A stretch of DNA of 64,000 nt. Origin: an uncultured archaeon. Lineage in GTDB: Archaea; Aenigmatarchaeota; Aenigmatarchaeia; CG10238-14; SCSR01. A program made the position numbers and the translations under genes. Below the pieces are notes generated by a model. The model saw nothing but the letters and a program-made list of their open reading frames with translations, had not been told where the DNA came from and made no database searches. The stretch spans positions 80,813 through 144,812 of the forward strand of contig CAZIJH010000002.1 in the NCBI GenBank assembly GCA_964539655.1, given 5' to 3'. Below, in pieces: positions 25,295 through 34,091 of this stretch; position 1 is the stretch's first letter, and the number at the start of each line of letters is the position of its first letter.

Positions 25295-25715
25295 AATTTT
25301 CTTCGACACAAATATTCTGACTTACGTACACGACGAAAGCGAGCCGGCCAAAAGAGAAATCTGCGGCGCCCTGATGCAGAGCGCATTCAAAGGCGAAATC
25401 GCCGGCGTGGTGTCGAACCAGATACTGGCGGAATTCTACGCCTCTTTGACAGAACGGCTGAGAAAGCCCGTCCCAAAATTGCTCGCGATGTCGCTCGTCG
25501 AGTCGCTGATAGTGTCCGGAAAATGGACGAAGGTAAGTTACGACGCAAAGACCGTGCAAAACGCCCTTGACATATTGGAGGCGAACGGCGGCACGATTTT
25601 CGACGCGATTGTCGTCAGCACCATGAAAGAAAACGGAATCACCAAGATTTACACCGAGGACAAATTTTTCTTCAAGGTGCCCGGAATAAAAGCCATAAAC
25701 CCGTTCAAGAAATAA
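25284..25715 (+). CDS. vapC: PIN-domain toxin VapC
   Basis: IFFDTNILTYVHD (first acidic residue), later SNQILAEF, IFDAIVV and IYTEDKFF supply the remaining PIN acidic residues. 143 aa. Confidence 0.8.
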   Translation: MKDEIFFDTNILTYVHDESEPAKREICGALMQSAFKGEIAGVVSNQILAEFYASLTERLRKPVPKLLAMSLVESLIVSGKWTKVSYDAKTVQNALDILEANGGTIFDAIVVSTMKENGITKIYTEDKFFFKVPGIKAINPFKK

Positions 25716-25795
25716 TTTTTTTTGTTCAATACACATTCAATTTTTTTCCCAAACAACTCGATCACTTTATAAATTTCAACGTCGTTCCATAAGAT

Positions 25796-26563
25796 ATGCG
25801 CGTTGAGAAATTTCTGGAAAACACAATAGAAGAAGCAAGACAGAGATCAAATGTGAAGCACGGAGTGAGATACAGATTTTCTCCGGGAAGATACGTTGGA
25901 TTAGATTGCAATTCTGACGAAGGCGGAAATATCTCGCTCATATTTCCCGACAACTGGTTTCAGCATTTTGGTAGGCTGGAGATGTCCGGTTGCATTTATC
26001 ATGAGATATCCGGCCACCTGAAATATTACGAGGAGCAGTATCCTGTATTTCTGGTATATCTTGGACAGGACGACGCAAGGCGTTTATCCGGCGATACTTT
26101 CATCTATGACAATGACGGCCAAGAAAAAGAGTTCAACATCAAAAAAATGGACGCTTCTCAGGTGTCATCGGATGCCGGAATAAGCGTGGACGACGTCGTG
26201 TTCCTGACGCGCTTTTTTAACGACAATCTTGTCGATTCGAACGTGGTCCTGGCAATGGGCCCAGAAAAATGGAGAGACTGCAGTCCTTTGTCCAAAATAA
26301 ATAAGGTCAACTCGTATTTCCGCAGATCCTTCGTTCATGCCACCCTGCTGACAACGATACAGAAGGCGGGAAATCCGAAGGCATTACAGAAATACAAGGA
26401 ACAGCTGGTAATCCCAGGCGAGTTTGACGAAATAGTAAAAATTTTTGGATTGCTTAAGCCAACATATGACGAAGAACTTTTGAACGAACAGTATTTGTCG
26501 CTCCTTTCAGAAGCTAGAAGATTATTCGATTTGAATCCATTTTGGAGCCAACAGAAATTTTAA
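25796..26563 (+). CDS. Hypothetical protein with HExxH motif (possible zinc metallopeptidase)
   Basis: 255 aa. CIYHEISGHLKYYEE contains HExxH. No other family recognised. Confidence 0.4.
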   Translation: MRVEKFLENTIEEARQRSNVKHGVRYRFSPGRYVGLDCNSDEGGNISLIFPDNWFQHFGRLEMSGCIYHEISGHLKYYEEQYPVFLVYLGQDDARRLSGDTFIYDNDGQEKEFNIKKMDASQVSSDAGISVDDVVFLTRFFNDNLVDSNVVLAMGPEKWRDCSPLSKINKVNSYFRRSFVHATLLTTIQKAGNPKALQKYKEQLVIPGEFDEIVKIFGLLKPTYDEELLNEQYLSLLSEARRLFDLNPFWSQQKF

Positions 26564-26583
26564 CTTGACAAAAGGAATTTATT

Positions 26584-27219
26584 ATGGACCGTATGCAGAT
26601 TCTCAAGCAGGGCGCGGAAGCAATATTATACTTGGACAAGTTCGACGGGCAGAAAGTTCTCGTGAAGGAAAGAATAAAAAAAGATTACCGAATATCGCAA
26701 ATCGATGAAAAAATCAGAAGGGAAAGGACGAGGCAGGAAATAAAATTGTTAACGGACGCCCGCAGCGTAGGAGTGCCGACTCCAAAAATACTTTCGACCG
26801 ACGAGAAGGAAAACAAAATCGTGATGGAATTCATCGAAGGAAAACTGCTGAAGGATTTCCTCGATTCCGCAAAACAAAACGAAATAAAAAAAATATGCGT
26901 CGAAGTCGGAAAGCTGATAGGAAAATTGCACACAGCCGGGATAATACACGGAGACCTTACGACATCGAACATGATTGTTGCCGACAAGAAAATATTTTTC
27001 ATCGACTTCGGTCTAGGATCCTTTTCAAAAAGAATCGAGGACCAGGGAGTCGACATGAACGTCATGCAGGAAGCTCTGAAGGCGACTCATTACAAAGCGT
27101 TAAAAACATGCTGGGAGAATATAGTAAAAGGCTACAGGCAGACGCATGCCGGGGCCGAACAAGTGATGAAAAAGGTCGATGAGATTGAAAAACGCGCTAG
27201 GTATGCTGAAAGGGAGTAA
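26584..27219 (+). CDS. bud32: Kae1-associated kinase Bud32 (KEOPS subunit)
   Basis: About 210 aa atypical kinase: ILKQGAEAILY, KERIKKDYR, catalytic loop GIIHGDLTTSNMIV, and FFIDFGL. Confidence 0.85.
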   Translation: MDRMQILKQGAEAILYLDKFDGQKVLVKERIKKDYRISQIDEKIRRERTRQEIKLLTDARSVGVPTPKILSTDEKENKIVMEFIEGKLLKDFLDSAKQNEIKKICVEVGKLIGKLHTAGIIHGDLTTSNMIVADKKIFFIDFGLGSFSKRIEDQGVDMNVMQEALKATHYKALKTCWENIVKGYRQTHAGAEQVMKKVDEIEKRARYAERE

Positions 27220-27415
27220 CAAGATAGAGACTCTCGAAAGATGGTCGATATTCCTGATCTTCGTCGGGCTCGTTTTGTTTTCGATCGGAACCCTCATAGC
27301 GATATGGGTGCAGCAGGGATTCCCGGTTGCGATCGCGCTGTTCGGAAGTTTTATAACGTTTGTCTTCACTATTGTATTAATCCTCGTCTGGCTTTTGCAG
27401 GACAAGGGAAAATAA
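27203..27415 (+). CDS. Small two-helix membrane protein
   Basis: ATG at 27203 within ORF 27179..27415: MLKGSNKIETLERWSIFLIFVGLVLFSIGTLIAIWVQQGFPVAIALFGSFITFVFTIVLILVWLL. Overlaps the 3' end of bud32. Confidence 0.4.
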   Translation: MLKGSNKIETLERWSIFLIFVGLVLFSIGTLIAIWVQQGFPVAIALFGSFITFVFTIVLILVWLLQDKGK

Positions 27416-27439
27416 AAATAAAAATCAACCGGTGAAAAA

Positions 27440-27898
27440 ATGGCAAGAATGTACAGCAGGAAGAAGGGGAAGCACGGAAGCAAGAAGCCCATTGTCAGGA
27501 TGGTCCCTACGTGGGTCGAGGCCAAGAAGGACGACGTCGAGAAGACTATAGTCGAACTTGCGAAGGAGAGGAACAATTCCTCTGTCATCGGGACGATACT
27601 GCGCGACCAGCACGGAGTGCCGGACACGAAGATACTTCTGCAGAAATCCGTGACGACCGTGATGCGCGAGAACAATTTGTATCCTGTCATGCCCGAGGAC
27701 CTCATGAATCTTTTTAGGAAGGCTGTCGAGCTCCGCACCCACATAAAGAGGCAGAAGTCCGACAGGAACGCCGTGTCGCAGCTTCAGCACCTCGAGTCGA
27801 AAATAAGAAGGCTCGTCAAGTACTACAAGCGCGAAAGCAAAGTCAACAAGGACTTCAGCTACGACCCAGAGAAGGTCAAGCTCATAATCCAGAAATAA
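27440..27898 (+). CDS. rps15: 30S ribosomal protein uS15 (S15P/S13e)
   Basis: MARMYSRKKGKHGSKKP... N-terminus, about 150 aa, and a conserved C-terminal helical S15 domain. Confidence 0.9.
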   Translation: MARMYSRKKGKHGSKKPIVRMVPTWVEAKKDDVEKTIVELAKERNNSSVIGTILRDQHGVPDTKILLQKSVTTVMRENNLYPVMPEDLMNLFRKAVELRTHIKRQKSDRNAVSQLQHLESKIRRLVKYYKRESKVNKDFSYDPEKVKLIIQK

Positions 27899-27916
27899 AA
27901 AAATAAAAGTGATTGA

Positions 27917-29287
27917 TTGTTCCTCGAAGAGATTGAGAAGGTCGCGAAATCAGTCAGGCCGATAATCTCCGAGAAAAAAATAAAAGTTTTCTGCCAGTTC
28001 GACTGCGACGGGATAACGAGCGCGTCTATATTGACGAAGATGTTTTTGCGCGCGGGAATGAATTTCGAATTGCGGATATTGAAGCAGCTGAGTTCGGAAA
28101 ACGTGTGCGAGCTGAACGCGACCGAGAAAGATTTCATCGTGCTCGCGGATTTCGGAAGCGGGCAACTGGAATTGCTGAGCGAAGTTCTGGACAAGACGCA
28201 CGTGCTGATTCTGGACCACCACGAGCCGGCGGATTTCAGCCACATGAATCTTTTTCATTTGAATCCGATGCTGTTCGGCGAGGATGAGATGTCGACGTCG
28301 ACGATGTGCTACCTTTTCGCGAAGCAGTTCGACGTGCACAACGCGGACATAGTGGACCTTGCTCTGATCGGAGCCACCGCGGACGAGGCCGACGAGAAAT
28401 GGGAGTTCAAGGGGCTGCTGAAAAAAATTCTCGACGAGGCGGAGACGCTCGGAAAAATTTCGGTCACCAGAGGCATCAGGCTCTACGGAAGATTCAGCAG
28501 GCCGATCTACAAGTCGCTCGCGTATTCCTTCGATCCGGTGATTCCCGGAATTTCTGGGTCCGAATCGCAGGCAGTCCAGTTCTTGTCAGAGCTCGGGATA
28601 CAGGTGAAGCACGACGGCAGATGGAAAAAGCTGAGCGACCTCACGTCGGACGAGCTGCAGAAGCTCGCGAGCGCGATAATAATTTCGAGACTGAAAACCG
28701 ACGAGGACGCTGTCGATATTTTCGGAGAAAACTATACGATTCTCGGAAGGCCGCAGGAGCTGCAGGATGTCAGGGAGTTCGCCACGCTTGTGAATTCGTG
28801 CGGAAGGACGGGCAACCACGACATAGCAGTAAGGCTGCTGCTCGGAGACTACAGCGTGATGGAAAAATCGTGGGAAATTCTCGACGGATACAGGAAGATG
28901 CTCGGAGACGGAATGAGCTGGATACGAGATACGAAGAGCGCCGTGCAGAAAACTGATTATGCGACATTCATCCTTGCGCAGGAAAAGATCCCGGACACGG
29001 TCATCGGTACAGTTTCGTCCATTGTGATCAATTCCGGAATGGTGGACGAGCTAAAACCGCTGTTCGGACTGGCGTACTGCGACGACGGAAAAATAAAAGT
29101 TTCGGCAAGAATTTCGAAAAAAACAAAGAAGATAAACCTGAAGGAACTAATTTTTAATTCTACAAAGGCCGTCGGGGGCGAGGGCGGAGGTCACGCGAAC
29201 GCGGCCGGCGGATACATACCGAAAGACAAGGAAAAAGAATTTATGCAGACGATTGATAACCTATTAGGTGGAATGAATGGCAGTTAA
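27917..29287 (+). CDS. DHH/DHHA1 phosphoesterase, archaeal RecJ/GAN (Cdc45-like)
   Basis: DHH motifs FDCDGITSASIL, VLADFGSG, LILDHHEP and the DHHA1 motif GGEGGGHANAAGG. TTG start. Confidence 0.75.
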   Translation: MFLEEIEKVAKSVRPIISEKKIKVFCQFDCDGITSASILTKMFLRAGMNFELRILKQLSSENVCELNATEKDFIVLADFGSGQLELLSEVLDKTHVLILDHHEPADFSHMNLFHLNPMLFGEDEMSTSTMCYLFAKQFDVHNADIVDLALIGATADEADEKWEFKGLLKKILDEAETLGKISVTRGIRLYGRFSRPIYKSLAYSFDPVIPGISGSESQAVQFLSELGIQVKHDGRWKKLSDLTSDELQKLASAIIISRLKTDEDAVDIFGENYTILGRPQELQDVREFATLVNSCGRTGNHDIAVRLLLGDYSVMEKSWEILDGYRKMLGDGMSWIRDTKSAVQKTDYATFILAQEKIPDTVIGTVSSIVINSGMVDELKPLFGLAYCDDGKIKVSARISKKTKKINLKELIFNSTKAVGGEGGGHANAAGGYIPKDKEKEFMQTIDNLLGGMNGS

Positions 29288-29837
29288 GAAAGCGAAAGCC
29301 AAGCAGTGGTACCTCATCGTAGCCCCGAAGATATTCGGAGGAAGGGAGATCGGAAAGACCGTCACCGGAAATCCAGAAAAAATAATCGGCAGAAGGATAA
29401 CGGTGCCAGCGTACGAGATCTCGAACGACTACAGCAAGTTCTACCTCAAGTTCAAGTTCAGGATATCCGAACTGAACGGAACAACTGCGACAACCGTTTT
29501 CGACGGGATGGAAGCTATGCGCGATTATATCTCGAGGATGATCCTCAGGAGAGTCAGGAGGGTCGACACGATACAGGACCTGGCCACGAAGGACGGACTG
29601 AAGCTGCGCGTGAAGGGGCTGACAGTCATTTCCAGGCGAGTGAAGACCAGCATCGAGAAGAAAGTCCGCGAGAGGGTCATGGAGATGATAACTCATTTTG
29701 TCGAATCGAACAACCTGGAAGACCTCGTCGAGAAAATCCTGTCGGAAGAACTGAAGAACAGAATCTTGCAGGAAATCAGGAGAATATATCCTGTCAGGAA
29801 TTTCGAGTTCAGAAGGATCGACGTGCTGAAAAAATAG
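29277..29837 (+). CDS. rps3ae: 30S ribosomal protein eS1 (S3Ae)
   Basis: MAVKKAKAKQWYLIVAPKIFGGREIGKT is the characteristic S3Ae N-terminus. 186 aa. Confidence 0.9.
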   Translation: MAVKKAKAKQWYLIVAPKIFGGREIGKTVTGNPEKIIGRRITVPAYEISNDYSKFYLKFKFRISELNGTTATTVFDGMEAMRDYISRMILRRVRRVDTIQDLATKDGLKLRVKGLTVISRRVKTSIEKKVRERVMEMITHFVESNNLEDLVEKILSEELKNRILQEIRRIYPVRNFEFRRIDVLKK

Positions 29838-29852
29838 TCCGCTTAATTTTTT

Positions 29853-31004
29853 TTACATCAAACTTTTTATTATTCCTATACCGAAAAGATTGAACAGTAT
29901 CATCGACACTGTTAGCACAGTGAGAACGTTCATCATCAGCTTACCATGGTCCTTTGAAATTTTCGTCAGCAGCTCCTCGAATATGTGCCCGCCGTCGAAC
30001 GGCTTCATCGGAAGAAGGTTCGCGATTCCAATTCCGAGGCTGAGGATCGTGAGCCAGAACAGCAGCTTGAACCAAGATTCGAACGCTCCTATAACAGAAT
30101 TTGGAACGATTCCCGAAAACGGAGCCTTGTATGCGAAAACGTTGCTAAGATTTGAAATTCCAATGTAGGCAGCTCCCTCCACGTCGGGATGCCCGACTGT
30201 CTTGATCGAATAAATATTTTCCGTAGTCGCTATCTCGACGACTTCGCCAGGACCGACAGTGTCCAGCACGTCGACAAAATCCGTGAGGCCAGCTACACGA
30301 TATCCGTTGATGGCGACGATTGTCCCGCTCATTTCGGCCAGCGCAGCCGGAGTGCCTTCTATTGTCGACTGGAAACTTACTCCCGCACTCTCGAAAATAT
30401 TCGAAGAAAAAATTGAAGACACCGACAAGAGACCGAACATCAATGCCGCAGTAAGAAGATTCGTGAAGCTTCCCGCTGAAAATATTCTCAGCTTTTTAAT
30501 TGTCTGCAACTTTTTCATCTGCCTGTCGTCCGGATCGACAAACGCGCCCAGCGGCAACAGCAGCAACAAAATTATTCCGTAATTTTTGACCTTCACTCCT
30601 TCCAGCCTGGAATAGATTGCATGAGCAGATTCGTGCGTGGCGATTATCAGAAATATTCCGACGATCCAGTACCAGAAAGGTATCGAGAGAACAGGGCCGG
30701 GATACTGGTATCCTGAAACAGAAGGAAGAACTAGGCCGAACGCCTGCTGCATGTTCACGGTCACGAGAACCAAAAATAAAAATCCTACGATTCCGCCGAC
30801 AACGCCCGCGACGGCCGAGATGTTGCCCACTGTCGTGACAATTTTCCTGTGCTTCTTGACGAAGTCGTCGATAAGATGGAGCCCTTTATTCCATCTCCTG
30901 ATCGAAATCCCGTAGCTGAACTGGACGTTTTTCCTGTCGTAAATCAGAAGCAGCCCGACAACAATGAAAAATATAATTGTAGAAACAAGCTCGATATCAA
31001 CCAT
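29853..31004 (-). CDS. Site-2 protease family (M50) membrane metalloprotease with PDZ-like insert
   Basis: HExxH in a TM helix (IIATHESAHAIYS), multiple TM segments, a central soluble insert (GTIVAINGYRVAGLTDFVDVL, PDZ-like) and a C-terminal LPMKPFDGG motif. Confidence 0.8.
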   Translation of the reverse strand: MVDIELVSTIIFFIVVGLLLIYDRKNVQFSYGISIRRWNKGLHLIDDFVKKHRKIVTTVGNISAVAGVVGGIVGFLFLVLVTVNMQQAFGLVLPSVSGYQYPGPVLSIPFWYWIVGIFLIIATHESAHAIYSRLEGVKVKNYGIILLLLLPLGAFVDPDDRQMKKLQTIKKLRIFSAGSFTNLLTAALMFGLLSVSSIFSSNIFESAGVSFQSTIEGTPAALAEMSGTIVAINGYRVAGLTDFVDVLDTVGPGEVVEIATTENIYSIKTVGHPDVEGAAYIGISNLSNVFAYKAPFSGIVPNSVIGAFESWFKLLFWLTILSLGIGIANLLPMKPFDGGHIFEELLTKISKDHGKLMMNVLTVLTVSMILFNLFGIGIIKSLM

Positions 31005-31046
31005 ACAAAATGTATGTGACGCATTATATAAATTTATTCTAAATAG

Positions 31047-31460
31047 CTATTCAATCAAATTTCTTTTTACAAGCTCAGGAATAACAAACTTCTCAAGAAT
31101 TGAACCAATTTTTATTTTTCCGACATCTTTAGAATTAATGTACCTCAATTCACTGATTTCTTTTGCTGCTTTCGGAACCCTTTCAACATCAACCATGTAA
31201 ACAACCATTTTAATTTTCATTCCCGGATCCAATGCAGCGTTATCTTCAAAATTGCCGAAATATTCCTGTGAAATTAAAGTTAGTTTGAATTCCTCTTTCA
31301 ATTCTCTTCTCAAACATTCGATATCGTTTTCGTTCTGCTCGATTTTACCGCCAGGAATAATGAACTTGTCCCTCTTTCTTCCGACAAGGATTTTTCTGTT
31401 CTTCAAAATTATTGCCCCAATTTTATTGATCACATCCATAACTAGAATTTTGTCAACCAT
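31047..31460 (-). CDS. NUDIX hydrolase
   Basis: Nudix box GGKIEQNENDIECLRRELKEEFKL. Confidence 0.8.
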   Translation of the reverse strand: MVDKILVMDVINKIGAIILKNRKILVGRKRDKFIIPGGKIEQNENDIECLRRELKEEFKLTLISQEYFGNFEDNAALDPGMKIKMVVYMVDVERVPKAAKEISELRYINSKDVGKIKIGSILEKFVIPELVKRNLIE

Positions 31461-31487
31461 TTATTAATCGTCGTTCAATTTTGAATC

Positions 31488-32009
31488 ATGGAATTTCTGG
31501 ACGTCGTCAACAAGAATGACGAAGTCGTAGGAAGTGCAACGAAGCAAGAAGTTCACGACAAGTTTCTGATGCACAGAATCGTTCATGTCCTCGTGTTCAA
31601 CAAAAAGGATAAGCTCGCCTTGCAGCTGAGATCGAAGAACGTGCCGTTTTGCCCGTATCACTGGTCGACGACCGTCGGCGGGCACGTGCAATCCGGCGAA
31701 TCGTACGAGCAGGCGGCGGCGAGGGAATTCCAAGAGGAGCTCGGCACGAATCCGAAACTGGAATTTTTCAGCAAGGACTTCTACGAAGCTCCGAGCGGAC
31801 TGAAAGAATTCCTGACAACCTTCAAGACGGTCAGCGAAGGCCCGTTCAACTCGAATCCTAAAGAGGTCGAGCTTGTAAAATTTTTCGGCATGGACGAGAT
31901 ACAGGAAATGATAAACAGCGGCGAGAAATTCCATCCCGAACTTCTGTTCCTGCTTAGAAAGCATTTCGGATTGAAATTGCGCTTGAGAGGGTGGCACAAG
32001 AAATTTTGA
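31488..32009 (+). CDS. NUDIX hydrolase (Idi-like subgroup)
   Basis: Nudix box GGHVQSGESYEQAAAREFQEELG. The N-terminal pattern HRIVHVLVFN is as in IPP-isomerase-like Nudix proteins. Confidence 0.75.
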   Translation: MEFLDVVNKNDEVVGSATKQEVHDKFLMHRIVHVLVFNKKDKLALQLRSKNVPFCPYHWSTTVGGHVQSGESYEQAAAREFQEELGTNPKLEFFSKDFYEAPSGLKEFLTTFKTVSEGPFNSNPKEVELVKFFGMDEIQEMINSGEKFHPELLFLLRKHFGLKLRLRGWHKKF

Positions 32010-32018
32010 GGTTACGAT

Positions 32019-32309
32019 TTAAGCCGTTCTCATATTTGCGACCGCATGAATCCTGATTCGGTAAAGACTTACGCCAGTATTCTCTCCCCTAGGATCCAAT
32101 TCAAGCTCTCTATTTTTCACCATGTCGCCGAGTATCGCGTCGAGAGTAATTTCATCAATCCCAACTAAACCAGCACCCTTATATATCGCACGATTTTCAA
32201 AATATTTGTCAGGTCGAGCAGACACGAATTCTCTTATTTTCTGCCTGTTCTCTTCTTCGTACTGCAACCTTTCCATGATTAAATTTAATTTCTGTAGAAA
32301 TTTAAGCAC
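32019..32309 (-). CDS. Hypothetical small protein (possible wHTH)
   Basis: 96-aa ORF. ITLDAILGDMVKNRELELDPRGENTGVSLYRI resembles a recognition helix plus wing. Confidence 0.35.
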   Translation of the reverse strand: MLKFLQKLNLIMERLQYEEENRQKIREFVSARPDKYFENRAIYKGAGLVGIDEITLDAILGDMVKNRELELDPRGENTGVSLYRIRIHAVANMRTA

Positions 32310-32450
32310 AACGGTGTTCGCAAAAGAAAACTATTCAAGTCGCTTATTTAAGTTTTGCGTCTTAACAAGACATTATGCAGCTTAACAACAGGGACATCTT
32401 GCTCAAGAATCTGAATTTGATTTAACTTTTAATATCTCGTAGTTGAGAAA

Positions 32451-32933
32451 TTGTGTATGGGTTTGAAATCCAGACTGAAAAAGATGGAAGAAATCGCGGA
32501 ACTCATGATTGTCTATCCGTATGTGTCTCCTTATGATCTGGATGTTCTCGGCCACAGTAGGGGCGTCCGATTGGTGAACAAATACAGGAATTCCCTTACA
32601 GGTAATCCTTATTTTACAAAATTCATCGAGCCGCTTGTGATAAGGCTTCATGACGATGCAGTGCAATCGAAGCGCGTCGTTAAATTTCCTTGCAAGTATC
32701 TTGTCGATGGTAAGCCACAAGGGTCCACGCTGGGCTACAGCATAGGCAAATACACAGTGCCAATATTGACAATGGGCAGCGAAAAGCAGCTGCAGGAAGT
32801 GTGCAAGAAGGAATGTTGCATATGCCCGATTCTTGTCTACAACCCTCTCGCAGTAGCTGGAGGCCTTATGGAATTGTCAATATTCGAAGCAGCCGGAGCA
32901 GTTTCAAAAGTAAGAAACAAAATTAGAATTTAA
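32451..32933 (+). CDS. Hypothetical protein
   Basis: 160-aa ORF, Cys-containing (CKKECCICP). Competes with the shorter antisense ORF 32403..32720; the longer one was chosen. Confidence 0.3.
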   Translation: MCMGLKSRLKKMEEIAELMIVYPYVSPYDLDVLGHSRGVRLVNKYRNSLTGNPYFTKFIEPLVIRLHDDAVQSKRVVKFPCKYLVDGKPQGSTLGYSIGKYTVPILTMGSEKQLQEVCKKECCICPILVYNPLAVAGGLMELSIFEAAGAVSKVRNKIRI

Positions 32934-33544
32934 TCCAAATTTTTTTTTGACAAATTATCAGCATCCTTGAAAAGTATTGTCTTCATACCAAGATTTTTGG
33001 CCATCTTCAAGAATTTTTCTCTATCATCAATGATTACGCATTCTTCAGGTTTGGCTTTTATAATTTTCAGTAATATTTTGTAAAATTTTGGAGACTTTTT
33101 GTTCATACCATGTTCAAAAGAAAAAACAAAATCATCGAACTCGTTTAATAATCCATACTTTTCATCCAAATATTTTACTCTTTCTTTTGTATTCCCGCTG
33201 AAAGCAACAACCTCGTAATTTTTCCTCAATTTTCTTATTAACGGCCGCATGCCTTTGACTGGTTTGTAAGAACTATGCCACATTTCTTTTATTGTAAAAA
33301 TTTGCTCTCTGTTCAGATTCAACTTATGCGAAACGATTTTCCAAAATTCTTTGCTGCTCAACTTTCCTATTCTCAGCAGGTAACCTTCTTTTCCCGGAGC
33401 CTCCCTGAAAAGCTCGTTGATTAATCTGTCTTTATGACTATCTTGAGATTTAATAAATTTTTTAATTTTATGGAAAGCAATCGAGCTACCATCGGTGAAA
33501 TACACTCCTCCCAGATCGCAGATGACGAATTTTATCGGATTCAT
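32930..33544 (-). CDS. HAD-superfamily hydrolase
   Basis: Motif I FVICDLGGVYF (DxG), motif II VVAFSGN, and motif IV-like ECVIIDDREKF. Confidence 0.75.
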   Translation of the reverse strand: MNPIKFVICDLGGVYFTDGSSIAFHKIKKFIKSQDSHKDRLINELFREAPGKEGYLLRIGKLSSKEFWKIVSHKLNLNREQIFTIKEMWHSSYKPVKGMRPLIRKLRKNYEVVAFSGNTKERVKYLDEKYGLLNEFDDFVFSFEHGMNKKSPKFYKILLKIIKAKPEECVIIDDREKFLKMAKNLGMKTILFKDADNLSKKNLD

Positions 33545-33583
33545 TATTTGTAATTAGAGAGTGTTAAGGAAAAAAGCTCGTAA

Positions 33584-33949
33584 TTAGGCTTCGACTAATT
33601 GAAGTTGAGGAAGAAGTTCGCACATGTATGGTGGAAGGTTTTGTTGAAGAAATGCCAAAACTACAGGATTGATTTCGACCTGCTGATCGTATATATTATG
33701 TTCGTGTACTCTTCCACGATGTGTTTCAGTCTCATAACCAATGGTTGCTCTGCGTTCTCCAGGAAGATGGTAAATTATCTCTAGAATTTTTCTTGTAACC
33801 GTACTAACTCCGGATTCTTTTGTCCTTTCAGTCGTAAAATGTACATAAAATTCTGATATTTCTTTTAAATCAGGAACACAATTATCTGGAAATTCAAGTT
33901 CTGTTCTGTCTTCCTTACGTCTTTTTGAAATTATTTCCCCGCTTTTCAT
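33584..33949 (-). CDS. Hypothetical protein
   Basis: 121-aa ORF with no recognised motif. The antisense 61-aa ORF is less plausible. Confidence 0.35.
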   Translation of the reverse strand: MKSGEIISKRRKEDRTELEFPDNCVPDLKEISEFYVHFTTERTKESGVSTVTRKILEIIYHLPGERRATIGYETETHRGRVHEHNIYDQQVEINPVVLAFLQQNLPPYMCELLPQLQLVEA

Positions 33950-34002
33950 TTGATTTCTAAATGATTGGTAGAATTTTAATTATTTAAGCTTGACAACAAA
34001 GT

Positions 34003-34087
34003 GCGGGAGGTGGGATTTGAACCCACGTAAGCACTAAGCTACTGGCTCCTGAAGCCAGCCGAATTGACCAGGCTATCGGACCCCCGC
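34003..34087 (-). tRNA. tRNA-Leu (anticodon CAG), class II with long variable arm
   Basis: The reverse complement GCGGGGG-UC-CGA..UCG-G-CUGGC-UUCAGGA-GCCAG-UAGCUUAGUGCUUAC-GUGGG-UUCAAAU-CCCAC-CUCCCGC folds into a cloverleaf. It has a 7-bp acceptor stem (one G-U), a 5-bp anticodon stem with loop UUCAGGA (anticodon CAG), a long variable arm, and T-loop UUCAAAU. CCA is not encoded. Confidence 0.9.
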
Positions 34088-34091
34088 GTAA

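Noticed and set aside
28306-28956. 216-aa plus-strand ORF in an alternative frame (Arg-rich)
   Set aside because: It is an out-of-frame overlap within the DHH/RecJ-like gene, with extreme Arg/Gly/Glu composition.
32403-32720. 105-aa minus-strand ORF
   Set aside because: It overlaps the longer plus-strand ORF 32451..32933. Neither has motifs, so the longer one was kept at low confidence.
34003-34087. tRNA-Leu as an integration site of a mobile element
   Set aside because: There is no integrase nearby, I noticed no duplicated tRNA 3' fragment, and the flanking genes (HAD hydrolase, nucleotidyltransferase, trm5) look like core genes of host composition. A systematic repeat search was not possible by eye.
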